Origin: a virus
Reading direction: 5' to 3' (one strand)
IMG/VR virus record: IMGVR_UViG_3300036668_000241
Location: 8,329-72,328 of that record
Length of the DNA stretch: 64,000 nt
Made by a program: the position numbers and the translations under genes
In this document: positions 31,463 to 39,476 of the stretch, one piece after another
Layout of the letters: each line of letters starts with the position of its first letter
How positions within the stretch are numbered: the stretch's first letter is position 1
The notes under the pieces: model-generated
Seen by the model: the letters and a program-made list of their open reading frames with translations, nothing else
What the model was told of the DNA's origin: nothing
Databases searched by the model: none

Positions 31463-32240
31463 AAATTGCTTGCGGGTAACGATCTAACACAGGACTTTTC
31501 TTTTTAGCAATAGTAAATATGTTGTCTCCTGTATGTGTAATATTAAAACCAGCCGCATTCAGCCTTGCCACAACAGAAGGCATAGAATCTTCAAAACAAT
31601 CTTCTGTCCAGATACTCCCATCAAAACCCGCAGCTTTGACTACTTGCATAAGAGAATGTATAGAGTACTCATAGTTATGCCTGTACGGAGACCTATTAGT
31701 GTGGTACTGCATATAAAAGTATGGTTCTAGTCCGGACATCATTTTTGTAAGTCCTCGAGAACTAACCACATTTGGAGTTGTTAATAGCAAGCTTCCTTTA
31801 GGCTTTAGTACTCTATTAACTTCAGACATCATAAACATTGGATCAATATCCATGTGCTCAATTACTTCTGAACAAATAACCCAATCGTATGTTTTATCTT
31901 TTACTGGAATCTCATCAGACTCTAAATCAATAGCAAAAGCCGTAAAACTCCCTGAGTAGCTATGTATTGCTATTTCGTAGGTATGCACTGTTTCTTTGTT
32001 CATATCAAAATTAGTAACATCTATTGTAACTTTTGGTAAAAGAGCTTGAATTGCAAGAGTAATTACTCCACCAGTTCCTAATTCCAGGATACGACCTTTA
32101 GGTTTTTGATCAAGAAGGACCTGTAAAGTTCTTGCAATTCTCCTTGTGTGAGTTATATGGTAAGTATCTTCGGGTCTAATAAGTTCTTTCAGAACTTCTG
32201 CGACAGCAGGATAGATGTCTGTATACGGTCCGGTAAACAT
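31449..32240 (-). CDS. Class I SAM-dependent methyltransferase (type 11-like)
   Basis: ILELGTG, YDWVICSEVIEH, RVLKPKG.LLLTTPN; probable start MFTGP. Confidence 0.85.
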   Translation of the reverse strand: MFTGPYTDIYPAVAEVLKELIRPEDTYHITHTRRIARTLQVLLDQKPKGRILELGTGGVITLAIQALLPKVTIDVTNFDMNKETVHTYEIAIHSYSGSFTAFAIDLESDEIPVKDKTYDWVICSEVIEHMDIDPMFMMSEVNRVLKPKGSLLLTTPNVVSSRGLTKMMSGLEPYFYMQYHTNRSPYRHNYEYSIHSLMQVVKAAGFDGSIWTEDCFEDSMPSVVARLNAAGFNITHTGDNIFTIAKKKSPVLDRYPQAIYEKD

Positions 32241-32312
32241 AACTGCATTATGCCACAGAAAGGAAATTATCGGGCCCCCTTGCGGACATGTGATATTATT
32301 TATGAGATACAT

Positions 32313-32396
32313 GCCAGAGTCCCCTAGTGGCCGATGGGACCGATTTTGTAAGTCGGTACAAAAACAACGCAGGTTCGAATCCTGCCTCTGGCTCCA
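32313..32396 (+). tRNA. tRNA-Thr(TGT) with long variable loop
   Basis: Acceptor GCCAGAG/CTCTGGC, T discriminator + CCA, anticodon arm CCGAT-TTTGTAA-GTCGG, T arm GCAGG-TTCGAAT-CCTGC; extended -10 TGATATTAT upstream. Confidence 0.8.
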
Positions 32397-32468
32397 AGTA
32401 CATACAAGGCATTAAACAAGAATGGAAAGAGAAAATACAGAGCCGGGGGCTAAGGGGGCATATAAACC

Positions 32469-32683
32469 AAAAACCCCCTTGCGGAGGTTAGTGGGGTGAA
32501 TATCCGGGTTGCTTTTTACCGGAACGGCCTAGCCAGCAATCCATAGGTTTATGTACCGCTGTAGCCGATCTACCGTTTACTCCGCTAAGAGAAAGACCGC
32601 TAAGTCCCGATAGTGCGTTTCTCGCCCCTACTGGCACAGAGCTTGATTCCGCCATATTCCACTCGGACCGTCGCCCTTATGTT
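32469..32683 (-). ncRNA. Candidate ~215-nt highly structured non-coding RNA
   Basis: Extended -10 TGCTACTAT (32698-32690), at least six stems, terminator AACCTCC-GCAA-GGGGGTT-TTT. Confidence 0.6.
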
Positions 32684-32787
32684 GCGAGAATAGTAGCACA
32701 GATACTTAATAATTAATACACGGAGGTATATTCTTATTGTCCTTACACGAATTAGGTGTAAAATACAAGTAATCAAAGGAGTTATTA

Positions 32788-33084
32788 ATGAAGTGTGAAA
32801 TTTGCTATTGGGCCGAAATGCCTGACAGTGTTCCATCTATGTCTAGGCATATTGGTACATATCATCAAGACATTGTTCCAGATCAAGTAATTGTATGGAA
32901 GAACTCAGAAATGATTCTTGTTGAAAAGTACAATGGAAAAGATCAACTTATTAATGTCTATGTACAAAAAGTTGTTCCTTCTCCTAAAGAAAAGCCACTT
33001 TTTGATTATGTCCCTCTAGAAACGGAAACTGTTAAAGACTTTGAAGACACTCCCACTGTTATTGATCTAGACGAATTACCTTAA
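32788..33084 (+). CDS. Hypothetical protein with N-terminal C2H2-like motif
   Basis: CEIC...RHI...H; AAGGAG RBS. Confidence 0.6.
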   Translation: MKCEICYWAEMPDSVPSMSRHIGTYHQDIVPDQVIVWKNSEMILVEKYNGKDQLINVYVQKVVPSPKEKPLFDYVPLETETVKDFEDTPTVIDLDELP

Positions 33085-33112
33085 GCACTACAAAACAACG
33101 GTACGACTCAAA

Positions 33113-33161
33113 GGCTGACGCAGAAGGATTCGAACCTTCAACCATCCGATTAACAGTCTGA
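33113..33161 (-). pseudogene. 3' half of tRNA-Asn(GTT)
   Basis: TCAGA-CTGTTAA-TCGGA, T arm GAAGG-TTCGAAT-CCTTC, acceptor strand TGCGTCA + G; no D arm or 5' acceptor strand upstream. Confidence 0.7.
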
Positions 33162-33365
33162 TTTTCTTACAGTCTTGTTATTTTTCCGCTTGGAATAGCG
33201 TTTAAGTTCTCTAGGTTGCATATCCCGCACCACAGGTTGTTTGTTATTTTGGAATATTTCGCGTTCTCTGTTTCTCTTTGATCTACTAAAACGCCACAAG
33301 AATCGCACAGGTCTTCTGTTATTGACATACCCGGACTTACTCCTTTGTTTCATACTTCTCTTCAA
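33150..33365 (-). CDS. Basic hypothetical protein
   Basis: Overlaps the GNAT stop; its stop lies in the tRNA-Asn anticodon loop. Confidence 0.4.
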   Translation of the reverse strand: MKRSMKQRSKSGYVNNRRPVRFLWRFSRSKRNREREIFQNNKQPVVRDMQPRELKRYSKRKNNKTVRKSDC

Positions 33366-33924
33366 TATAATCTACTAAAGATAATTCTTCTTGGTCGGTA
33401 GGTTTTAACTGTAGGTACAGCTCATGGAGTATAGGAAATCCATCTACTCCCGTAAATGTTTCGTACCCCGCCAAAGAGAAATAAAGTTTCTGAATAAGAT
33501 CTTTACTTGCCTCATTCTGTTCTTGAATAGGAGCTTCTACTTCTTCAAGACCTAGAATATTAAAAGCATACTCTACAGTCAAAGCAACAGCCGTACTTGC
33601 AATTCCTTTATTTCTATGCGACTCGTCAATCCAATAACTAATGTAGCAATGGTTTTTTGTTATATTCCACAAAGTTACTTCACCTACGGGTGCAGCTTTA
33701 TGATAGACACCAAAAGGAATCTTAGGTTTTTTAACCGTTTCAATTATTTGATATGGAGATATTGAATCCAAGTTTTTTTCCCGCAGAGCAGCAAACATCA
33801 TTGAATCGTTCAGAGATAAAGTATTGACGAATACTGTGCCAAAGTTTAAATGTGCTGGCTCTATCTTATATTCTTCGTCCAAGTCTCGAATTCTAATGTT
33901 AGATGTGGGCATGTCCATGTTCAA
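33337..33924 (-). CDS. GNAT acetyltransferase (RimJ/RimL-like)
   Basis: ISYWID..HRNKGIAS.AV...AF..LGL..VEA.I...N.AS. Confidence 0.85.
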   Translation of the reverse strand: MNMDMPTSNIRIRDLDEEYKIEPAHLNFGTVFVNTLSLNDSMMFAALREKNLDSISPYQIIETVKKPKIPFGVYHKAAPVGEVTLWNITKNHCYISYWIDESHRNKGIASTAVALTVEYAFNILGLEEVEAPIQEQNEASKDLIQKLYFSLAGYETFTGVDGFPILHELYLQLKPTDQEELSLVDYIEEKYETKE

Positions 33925-34132
33925 TTTCTTTCATCTTTATATATAAACTGTTCAGGCAGTCAAGTGAACATGCGTGACTATCTATTGAAGATTGTCCTTC
34001 TTGCTGACCCTGCCAAGTAGCAACAGATATCCAGTTCTTTCTTGGAAAGTCTTCTAAGTTAGTTCCATCAACAGTTGCGTCTGCATCTACGGCTCCGCAA
34101 CCATCGCAGACAACTCCAACAATATATGTCAT
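33899..34132 (-). CDS. Small Zn-binding protein
   Basis: CDGCG...HACSLDC; start MTYIV after GAAGGG. Confidence 0.6.
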   Translation of the reverse strand: MTYIVGVVCDGCGAVDADATVDGTNLEDFPRKNWISVATWQGQQEGQSSIDSHACSLDCLNSLYIKMKEIEHGHAHI

Positions 34133-34172
34133 TACAGTCCCTTCGTTATGTAGTAGTAGCAAAACTCTACCA

Positions 34173-34352
34173 CTAACCTCCGTTAGAGTAAAACCCTCGG
34201 CCTTTAAACATGACAACAGTATTGTCAAACTTTCTTTTTAGTTTCTTAGCGCAGTCAGGTTTCGGGCAAGTAGTTCTTTGTTGAGGATCTGAGATCCCTC
34301 TAGTCTCGATATAAGGATGTCCAATCTCGCATACATATGAATATGTAGGCAT
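34173..34352 (-). CDS. FmdB-family zinc-ribbon protein (59 aa)
   Basis: Read manually: MPTYSYVCEIGH...CPKPDC...FKGRGFYSN. Confidence 0.75.
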   Translation of the reverse strand: MPTYSYVCEIGHPYIETRGISDPQQRTTCPKPDCAKKLKRKFDNTVVMFKGRGFYSNGG

Positions 34353-34486
34353 TAGATATGATGTCCTTCTATTTCGTTGGGAGCCTGCTTTAGTGGAGAG
34401 GTAGAGTATTCACATCTCATACAGATGTCTATACCTCTCCACACCTCAATGTCGTGACCTTGAGCGCAAGGATTTTCTTTAGGCAT
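34352..34486 (-). CDS. Small hypothetical protein (44 aa)
   Basis: MPKENPCAQGH...CMRC; coupled to flanking genes. Confidence 0.45.
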   Translation of the reverse strand: MPKENPCAQGHDIEVWRGIDICMRCEYSTSPLKQAPNEIEGHHI

Positions 34487-37400
34487 TTTTCTTTTCTTTA
34501 GCAATATCCGTAATCATTCTAACCTCGCAACTATCCGTGCTACAGAAAGCTTCTCCGATAGCATCAGATGCCATACCTGCGTAGACTCCCGCAAAGTCAA
34601 TCTGAAAGAGTTTCATTGTGTAGTCGTTATACTCTTCCTCAGTGATTTGACCGTAGGGCATCTGGGGATAAGTATCGTTTCCTTGGGGTAGGAATGAAAC
34701 TGTCTTCATCTGACCGTCATACATATGAAGAACAGATCCGACATGCTTGCTTTCTGTCTCTGCATTAAACGAAATCGTAACACTAACAGAGTTGTCAGAC
34801 CAGTATCGCTGTGCTTGTGCTGCTAGTGCCATTTTCTCGAAGATGGTAACTTCTTTGTCAGACCTAGATGAGTTTGAAGCAATTGGAAAGTAAACAACGG
34901 AGGTAGTGTCTGGAGATTCGAACGCTGGTTCGACCCGGTAATTAGCCATCTTGAATAGAGGAAGCATCGGATCACTGTTAGCGAAGCGAATCGTGCGCAG
35001 AAAATACTTACCACCGGGAGTCCAATGTACACCAGGGGACTCACCAGCAAGAATAGAAACTGTTCCCGAAGGCTTAACGGTTGTTGTTTTAATCGACTCC
35101 CGAATCCCAAGCCATTCCGAGTAGATGGTGTCGTAATATTTGATAGTTCCGTATCCTTCATCCATCCATGTTCTCAGAGTTGGGAGACCCTGATTATCTG
35201 CAAAGTCTGCTACGCCCGACATTGACGCTCCAATACGACGGTTACGCTGCATGATTGCGTTGGTCTCTTCCCAGTGGGTGGGGAGGAGAGTGACAGTCTT
35301 AGCGTAGAGATAAGCAAACTTTAAAGTGCGCTTGTAGTCTTCTAGAGTGTCGTGCCGATTTAGGTAAGTCTCTACAAGGGTGCACATCTCGAAGGACTCA
35401 AGAGATTGTTCGGCGCAATTGTGAACGTACAGCCCATTGGCATCAAAAGCGTGAACTTTCTCTACGGTGACATCATAAACCGATGCAGTTCCAAAAGGAG
35501 TCAATGACTTGAACGTTGCATAAAATGGCTTAGTGTATACGGCCTTGCTTCGGAGACTGTTGATACGAAACCACTTATCACTCTTCTCTAAATCACAAAA
35601 GCCGATGCGATCCATATACCTATGAGCACTCTGCGCTGAAATCATTAGTCGCCAAGTTGCCTTGGTAGCATAAATTTGATAGTCGCCTGTGCCATTATTC
35701 TTTGGTAGAGACATTTCGCCTGCGGTTCGGTTCATTGCTACGGTTGATTGAATGCCTAACCGCAAGAGCATACGCTGGACCCGCTTAAGTTGCTCTTTAT
35801 CAGACTGATGTAGACGAATACTTACGCCCTTCTCTAGGTTTCCTTCTACTGAACCGTCAGCATCAAATGCGCCACGGAGGAACCCGACGTAAAACTCTGA
35901 AGACATCTGCTCAAGATCGTCTGTAATCTTCTTAGATCCCGGGCTCATACCTACAGAGTCAGCAAGATGTGCAATAGATGCACTCTTCAATCTATACTCA
36001 TTCCGTCCCGGAACTTCCATAAATCCCTGCCAGTCAGACCTGTGTGAAAGTGTAGATGCTGCTGTAAAGACTGCTTCTTTGACCTCTGGGTGGTCGCCCC
36101 AGACACTTAGCACAGCACTTTTATTGTTGAAAGTTCCGTCTCCCCAGAGTTGACCAATAAGATATCCCTCTTGTTCGGAGCCAGCACCTCCCCACACACT
36201 TAATGTTCCATGATCGTGCAGGACAATCTTATCTTCGTGAGTAAGATTTCCCGCTTCTACCCACCCACGTTGGGTCATCACTTGGTGGTTGTCTGTGATC
36301 CTAAGTGTGTGTCCCTCTACCGTTGTCAAATCAAAGACCTGACGATCATGGTCTGTAAGGAAGAATCCATCTGACTCGGTTCGATACTTCTCTCCATCTA
36401 CAATCGCTACGAACGGGGTGCCAACCAAGTCGCGCACCTGCCTCGGACCATCTTCAGTCAATACCCACGAATCATCAGTGATGCAAGGGTTGTAGCCTAC
36501 GACGCGATGATCTTTGTTATTTGGTGCATCTGCAAGACGACCGTACGCACGCGACACATCCATCCACAAAACTCCGGGCTCACCGTTGCGAACTACTCCA
36601 TCAAGAATTGGAGATAAGTCTTCTCCAACTTTTACATCTACTGAGTTGTTAGACATCCAGCCAAACTCTTGACGATCTGCTGCAGGTCCAGGAGTGAACT
36701 TACCTTTGTCATCATAGGTTCCATAATTCTTGAGGTTCAAAAACTCTTCGTCATCAATAGAACCAATGAGAAGTTCGGCTGAGCGACGCACGTTACCTGA
36801 GACAACGCAGACGCCAATCATATTTCCAATATTGGCAATGTCTGTTCGAGTTACCATTTCGCCACCTCTACCACTAAACAACTTAGTAATATGGTTGTGT
36901 AGTTTTTCTAATGGCTGATGTCCCGCTGCGGTCCCACCAAAAATCTTAATTGGTACGCCTGCAGGACGGATTAATGAGTAGTCAAACTTCACTGATTTTT
37001 GATCTGACTTAAGGTAAGAGTTAATTTGCATGGTCAAAGATTCAACCCAACCCTCTCGGGTATCAGGAATCTCATATACAACTGACTCTTCTAATGGATT
37101 GTAGATATTGAAGTTTTTGTCAGCACCCTTATTGTCGAAACCAACGCCAACGCCAAGCATGGAAGCTTCCATAAGATATGCAAATGGTTTTGCTGGATTG
37201 TTCTTGGTCATTTCCATGCTACTAACAAAGGCACAGTTTTGAAGGGCTGCGCTATTGCGCTGCTCATTTACAAGACGAGTTCCCATAACCCAAAGACCTC
37301 TGCCAGGTGGAGTCCACTTCAGATTAAAGAGACGGTCAAAACCTTCTTTGGCTGATGATTGAGCCTTCTGGTCATTCCACGGTAAACGATTAGTTTTGCA

Positions 37401-37619
37401 GTGATCTTTTTGAAGAGAGTACATGCCATTGATGACACGCTCACATACATCTGTCCACGTCTCTTTAGTGCCGTCTTCTTTGATCCTTGAGTAAGTTCTT
37501 AAGAATGTAATTTCCCCAACAGAGTTGCCTCCTGCGTCTCTATAACCAAACGGTGCTTTCTTATCTGCATAAGTAGCAACAAAGTCTTCAGAAAGCCGAA
37601 AAGAAAATAAAAGTGACAC
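34479..37619 (-). CDS. nrdJ: Class II (adenosylcobalamin-dependent) ribonucleotide reductase, intein-containing
   Basis: RTYSR, PPGRGLW, NCAF, GNVRRSA, NP/CAEQ, TVKPSGT motifs. Confidence 0.93.
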   Translation of the reverse strand: MSLLFSFRLSEDFVATYADKKAPFGYRDAGGNSVGEITFLRTYSRIKEDGTKETWTDVCERVINGMYSLQKDHCKTNRLPWNDQKAQSSAKEGFDRLFNLKWTPPGRGLWVMGTRLVNEQRNSAALQNCAFVSSMEMTKNNPAKPFAYLMEASMLGVGVGFDNKGADKNFNIYNPLEESVVYEIPDTREGWVESLTMQINSYLKSDQKSVKFDYSLIRPAGVPIKIFGGTAAGHQPLEKLHNHITKLFSGRGGEMVTRTDIANIGNMIGVCVVSGNVRRSAELLIGSIDDEEFLNLKNYGTYDDKGKFTPGPAADRQEFGWMSNNSVDVKVGEDLSPILDGVVRNGEPGVLWMDVSRAYGRLADAPNNKDHRVVGYNPCITDDSWVLTEDGPRQVRDLVGTPFVAIVDGEKYRTESDGFFLTDHDRQVFDLTTVEGHTLRITDNHQVMTQRGWVEAGNLTHEDKIVLHDHGTLSVWGGAGSEQEGYLIGQLWGDGTFNNKSAVLSVWGDHPEVKEAVFTAASTLSHRSDWQGFMEVPGRNEYRLKSASIAHLADSVGMSPGSKKITDDLEQMSSEFYVGFLRGAFDADGSVEGNLEKGVSIRLHQSDKEQLKRVQRMLLRLGIQSTVAMNRTAGEMSLPKNNGTGDYQIYATKATWRLMISAQSAHRYMDRIGFCDLEKSDKWFRINSLRSKAVYTKPFYATFKSLTPFGTASVYDVTVEKVHAFDANGLYVHNCAEQSLESFEMCTLVETYLNRHDTLEDYKRTLKFAYLYAKTVTLLPTHWEETNAIMQRNRRIGASMSGVADFADNQGLPTLRTWMDEGYGTIKYYDTIYSEWLGIRESIKTTTVKPSGTVSILAGESPGVHWTPGGKYFLRTIRFANSDPMLPLFKMANYRVEPAFESPDTTSVVYFPIASNSSRSDKEVTIFEKMALAAQAQRYWSDNSVSVTISFNAETESKHVGSVLHMYDGQMKTVSFLPQGNDTYPQMPYGQITEEEYNDYTMKLFQIDFAGVYAGMASDAIGEAFCSTDSCEVRMITDIAKEKKNA
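35418..36485 (-). mobile_element. Intein (356 aa) with LAGLIDADG homing endonuclease
   Basis: Starts CITDDSWV, block B TDNHQV, YLIGQLWGDG and FLRGAFDADG, ends VYDVTV...VHN before Cys. Confidence 0.93.
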
Positions 37620-37671
37620 AAAGCCTGCCTTAAATAGTTAGTGGTTGTTGGGTTACTAGAGTACTAGAAGC

Positions 37672-37908
37672 CTAGAACAGTTTGTCTTGAGACGCAGTAT
37701 CTGTAGTATCGGGAATTACATTATCTCTATAGAGAACTAAAAGTCGAGCTCGTTCCATCCCTTGAATGTACTCGCTTGAAAAATCATTTTCTCTATATTT
37801 TGCAATGTGTTTTTCTAAATCTATTACTACTTTGTTTCTACATTCGCTTTCTAGTTGGTTTTTAGCTAGCTCATATTCCGACCAACGTACGGCTGTATTT
37901 TCACACAT
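37672..37908 (-). CDS. Hypothetical protein
   Basis: ORF with GGAG RBS. Confidence 0.5.
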   Translation of the reverse strand: MCENTAVRWSEYELAKNQLESECRNKVVIDLEKHIAKYRENDFSSEYIQGMERARLLVLYRDNVIPDTTDTASQDKLF

Positions 37909-37936
37909 AAATGCTCCAAATCTTTATTCTATAAGT

Positions 37937-38440
37937 TCATACCGTACGAAACTTTATATAACATTTGTGAGGTTCAGGAGATATGCAGTAGTCCTCGTAG
38001 TTACATTCACCGCATGAAGTTCGTTCTGCATACGACTTGTCCAACTTTACTGCCATAGATAGGTGTCCGTCAATAAGAGTATCGTCAGAAGTTTTTAGAT
38101 CTTCAAGCTGTGCAACAAACTCTTTTAGATCTGCGTAGGTAGACATGTCTCCCAGAGACACATGAATGACAGTTCTAGAGTTAAAACCGTTAGGTATTGC
38201 TTTGACGTCTATAGAAGCTTTAAGACAGTCTTCATAATTGTTTGAGCCAAACGCTCCCATTTCTTCTAACGTCTCAATAGTAAAAGCTACGTCTTCAAAA
38301 ACCATAGCAATTTGACTGTCTTTAACATTTATGTCAAGTTCTAGATTGTAACCTTTGGCATCTAGGTCATGACCATGCTTCTTCATTGTTTTTCTAGTTA
38401 CTTCATAGGCATAGTTATTAAAATTCTTCATTAATATCAT
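37937..38440 (-). CDS. Hypothetical protein
   Basis: 167-aa ORF with C-terminal Cys cluster. Confidence 0.55.
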   Translation of the reverse strand: MILMKNFNNYAYEVTRKTMKKHGHDLDAKGYNLELDINVKDSQIAMVFEDVAFTIETLEEMGAFGSNNYEDCLKASIDVKAIPNGFNSRTVIHVSLGDMSTYADLKEFVAQLEDLKTSDDTLIDGHLSMAVKLDKSYAERTSCGECNYEDYCISPEPHKCYIKFRTV

Positions 38441-38690
38441 CTCTTTTCTGTTTGTTTAAATCTTTTTTATCTCGATCGGTAATTTCTTGCAGTAATCTAT
38501 CGTCTACATAATCTGGAACATAGTTTCCTTTTTTTCTATGTGCTTTTATATGTTCAAGCATCTCTTCCTCCGTATCCGATATAAAAGATTCGAAGAGTTC
38601 TTCAGACAAAGAGCACGCGCAACACTCGAATTTATTTTTAAAAGTTCCAAAGATATAAACATCCGCCTCAACGAATCTACAGTAGCTCAT
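38418..38690 (-). CDS. Conserved phage hypothetical Zn-binding protein
   Basis: MSYCRF...DVYI...ECCAC...H...H...G..VP. Confidence 0.65.
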   Translation of the reverse strand: MSYCRFVEADVYIFGTFKNKFECCACSLSEELFESFISDTEEEMLEHIKAHRKKGNYVPDYVDDRLLQEITDRDKKDLNKQKRDDINEEF

Positions 38691-38746
38691 ATCTAACGTT
38701 CCTTCTTCCAGGTTAATTAACTAATTAATTATAACTCCAGTTATAC

Positions 38747-39151
38747 TTAATTTGATAGTTGATAGTTCTGCTCTTTCTCTTTCTCTTTCTCTTTTATCAT
38801 AGATTTATGGCACGGGGCGCATAGTATTTGTAAATTGTCTTGATGGTTTAGACATGTCATATATAAAGGATTAAATCCACTAAGTGTTTCGAGGTGTTGA
38901 ACCACAAGGTTTCTAGTTTTTGTTCTAGTTCTCCTGCAGATATTACATACAGGAACGTCAACAATACGAAATTTAGCTTGCCTAGCTTCTTTCGGACTAT
39001 GGTTGTTGTACCAATCTATTCGACATTTAGGAGAGCAGTACACTCTATTCTTTCCAGGATTATCCTTGCCACAGGTTGGACACCCAGTTTCATGATGTTC
39101 TTCTACCATTTTAAATCCTTTTCTGTAGTGCTCAACGGTACGCCACACCAT
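38747..39151 (-). CDS. HNH-endonuclease-like Zn-finger protein
   Basis: CPTC...YCSPKC, CNIC...H...N..DNLQILCAPCH. Confidence 0.6.
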   Translation of the reverse strand: MVWRTVEHYRKGFKMVEEHHETGCPTCGKDNPGKNRVYCSPKCRIDWYNNHSPKEARQAKFRIVDVPVCNICRRTRTKTRNLVVQHLETLSGFNPLYMTCLNHQDNLQILCAPCHKSMIKEKEKEKEQNYQLSN

Positions 39152-39194
39152 GCCCGATAGGGCATATTCTGGCGTACTATTCTAGTTAGGTTTA

Positions 39195-39476
39195 TCATTC
39201 CACTTTTACCCATCTAATCGCGGTTTCAATACGAACTCGTCGCACTAAATCACCATCAGGATCTTGTCGTAAGTTTCCATCTTCATTGACGCAGTAACCC
39301 CAAATGTTTTCAACGATGTCTAGGCACCGTACACGCTCAGTCTCAACAGCAGCCTTGATAGCGGCAGCGTGATCTTCATGCCTCACCCATAAACCTTTGT
39401 TTGAAGACTCGCCCTCGTACAAGTCCATCTTATAACGCGGAATGTCGCTCATCACTTCACCTCCGGTGGGTCGCAT
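39195..39476 (-). CDS. Hypothetical protein
   Basis: ORF coupled to the ligase gene; probable start MSDIP after GGAGGT. Confidence 0.55.
   Translation of the reverse strand: MRPTGGEVMSDIPRYKMDLYEGESSNKGLWVRHEDHAAAIKAAVETERVRCLDIVENIWGYCVNEDGNLRQDPDGDLVRRVRIETAIRWVKVE

Noticed and set aside
32430-32690. RNase P RNA, tmRNA or SRP RNA
   Set aside because: No GAGGAAAGTCC P4 strand, no tRNA-Ala-like ends, no SRP GGAAGCAGC core found
32600-32836. 78-aa minus-strand ORF over the ncRNA promoter
   Set aside because: Overlaps a better-supported plus-strand gene, lacks an RBS, implausible composition
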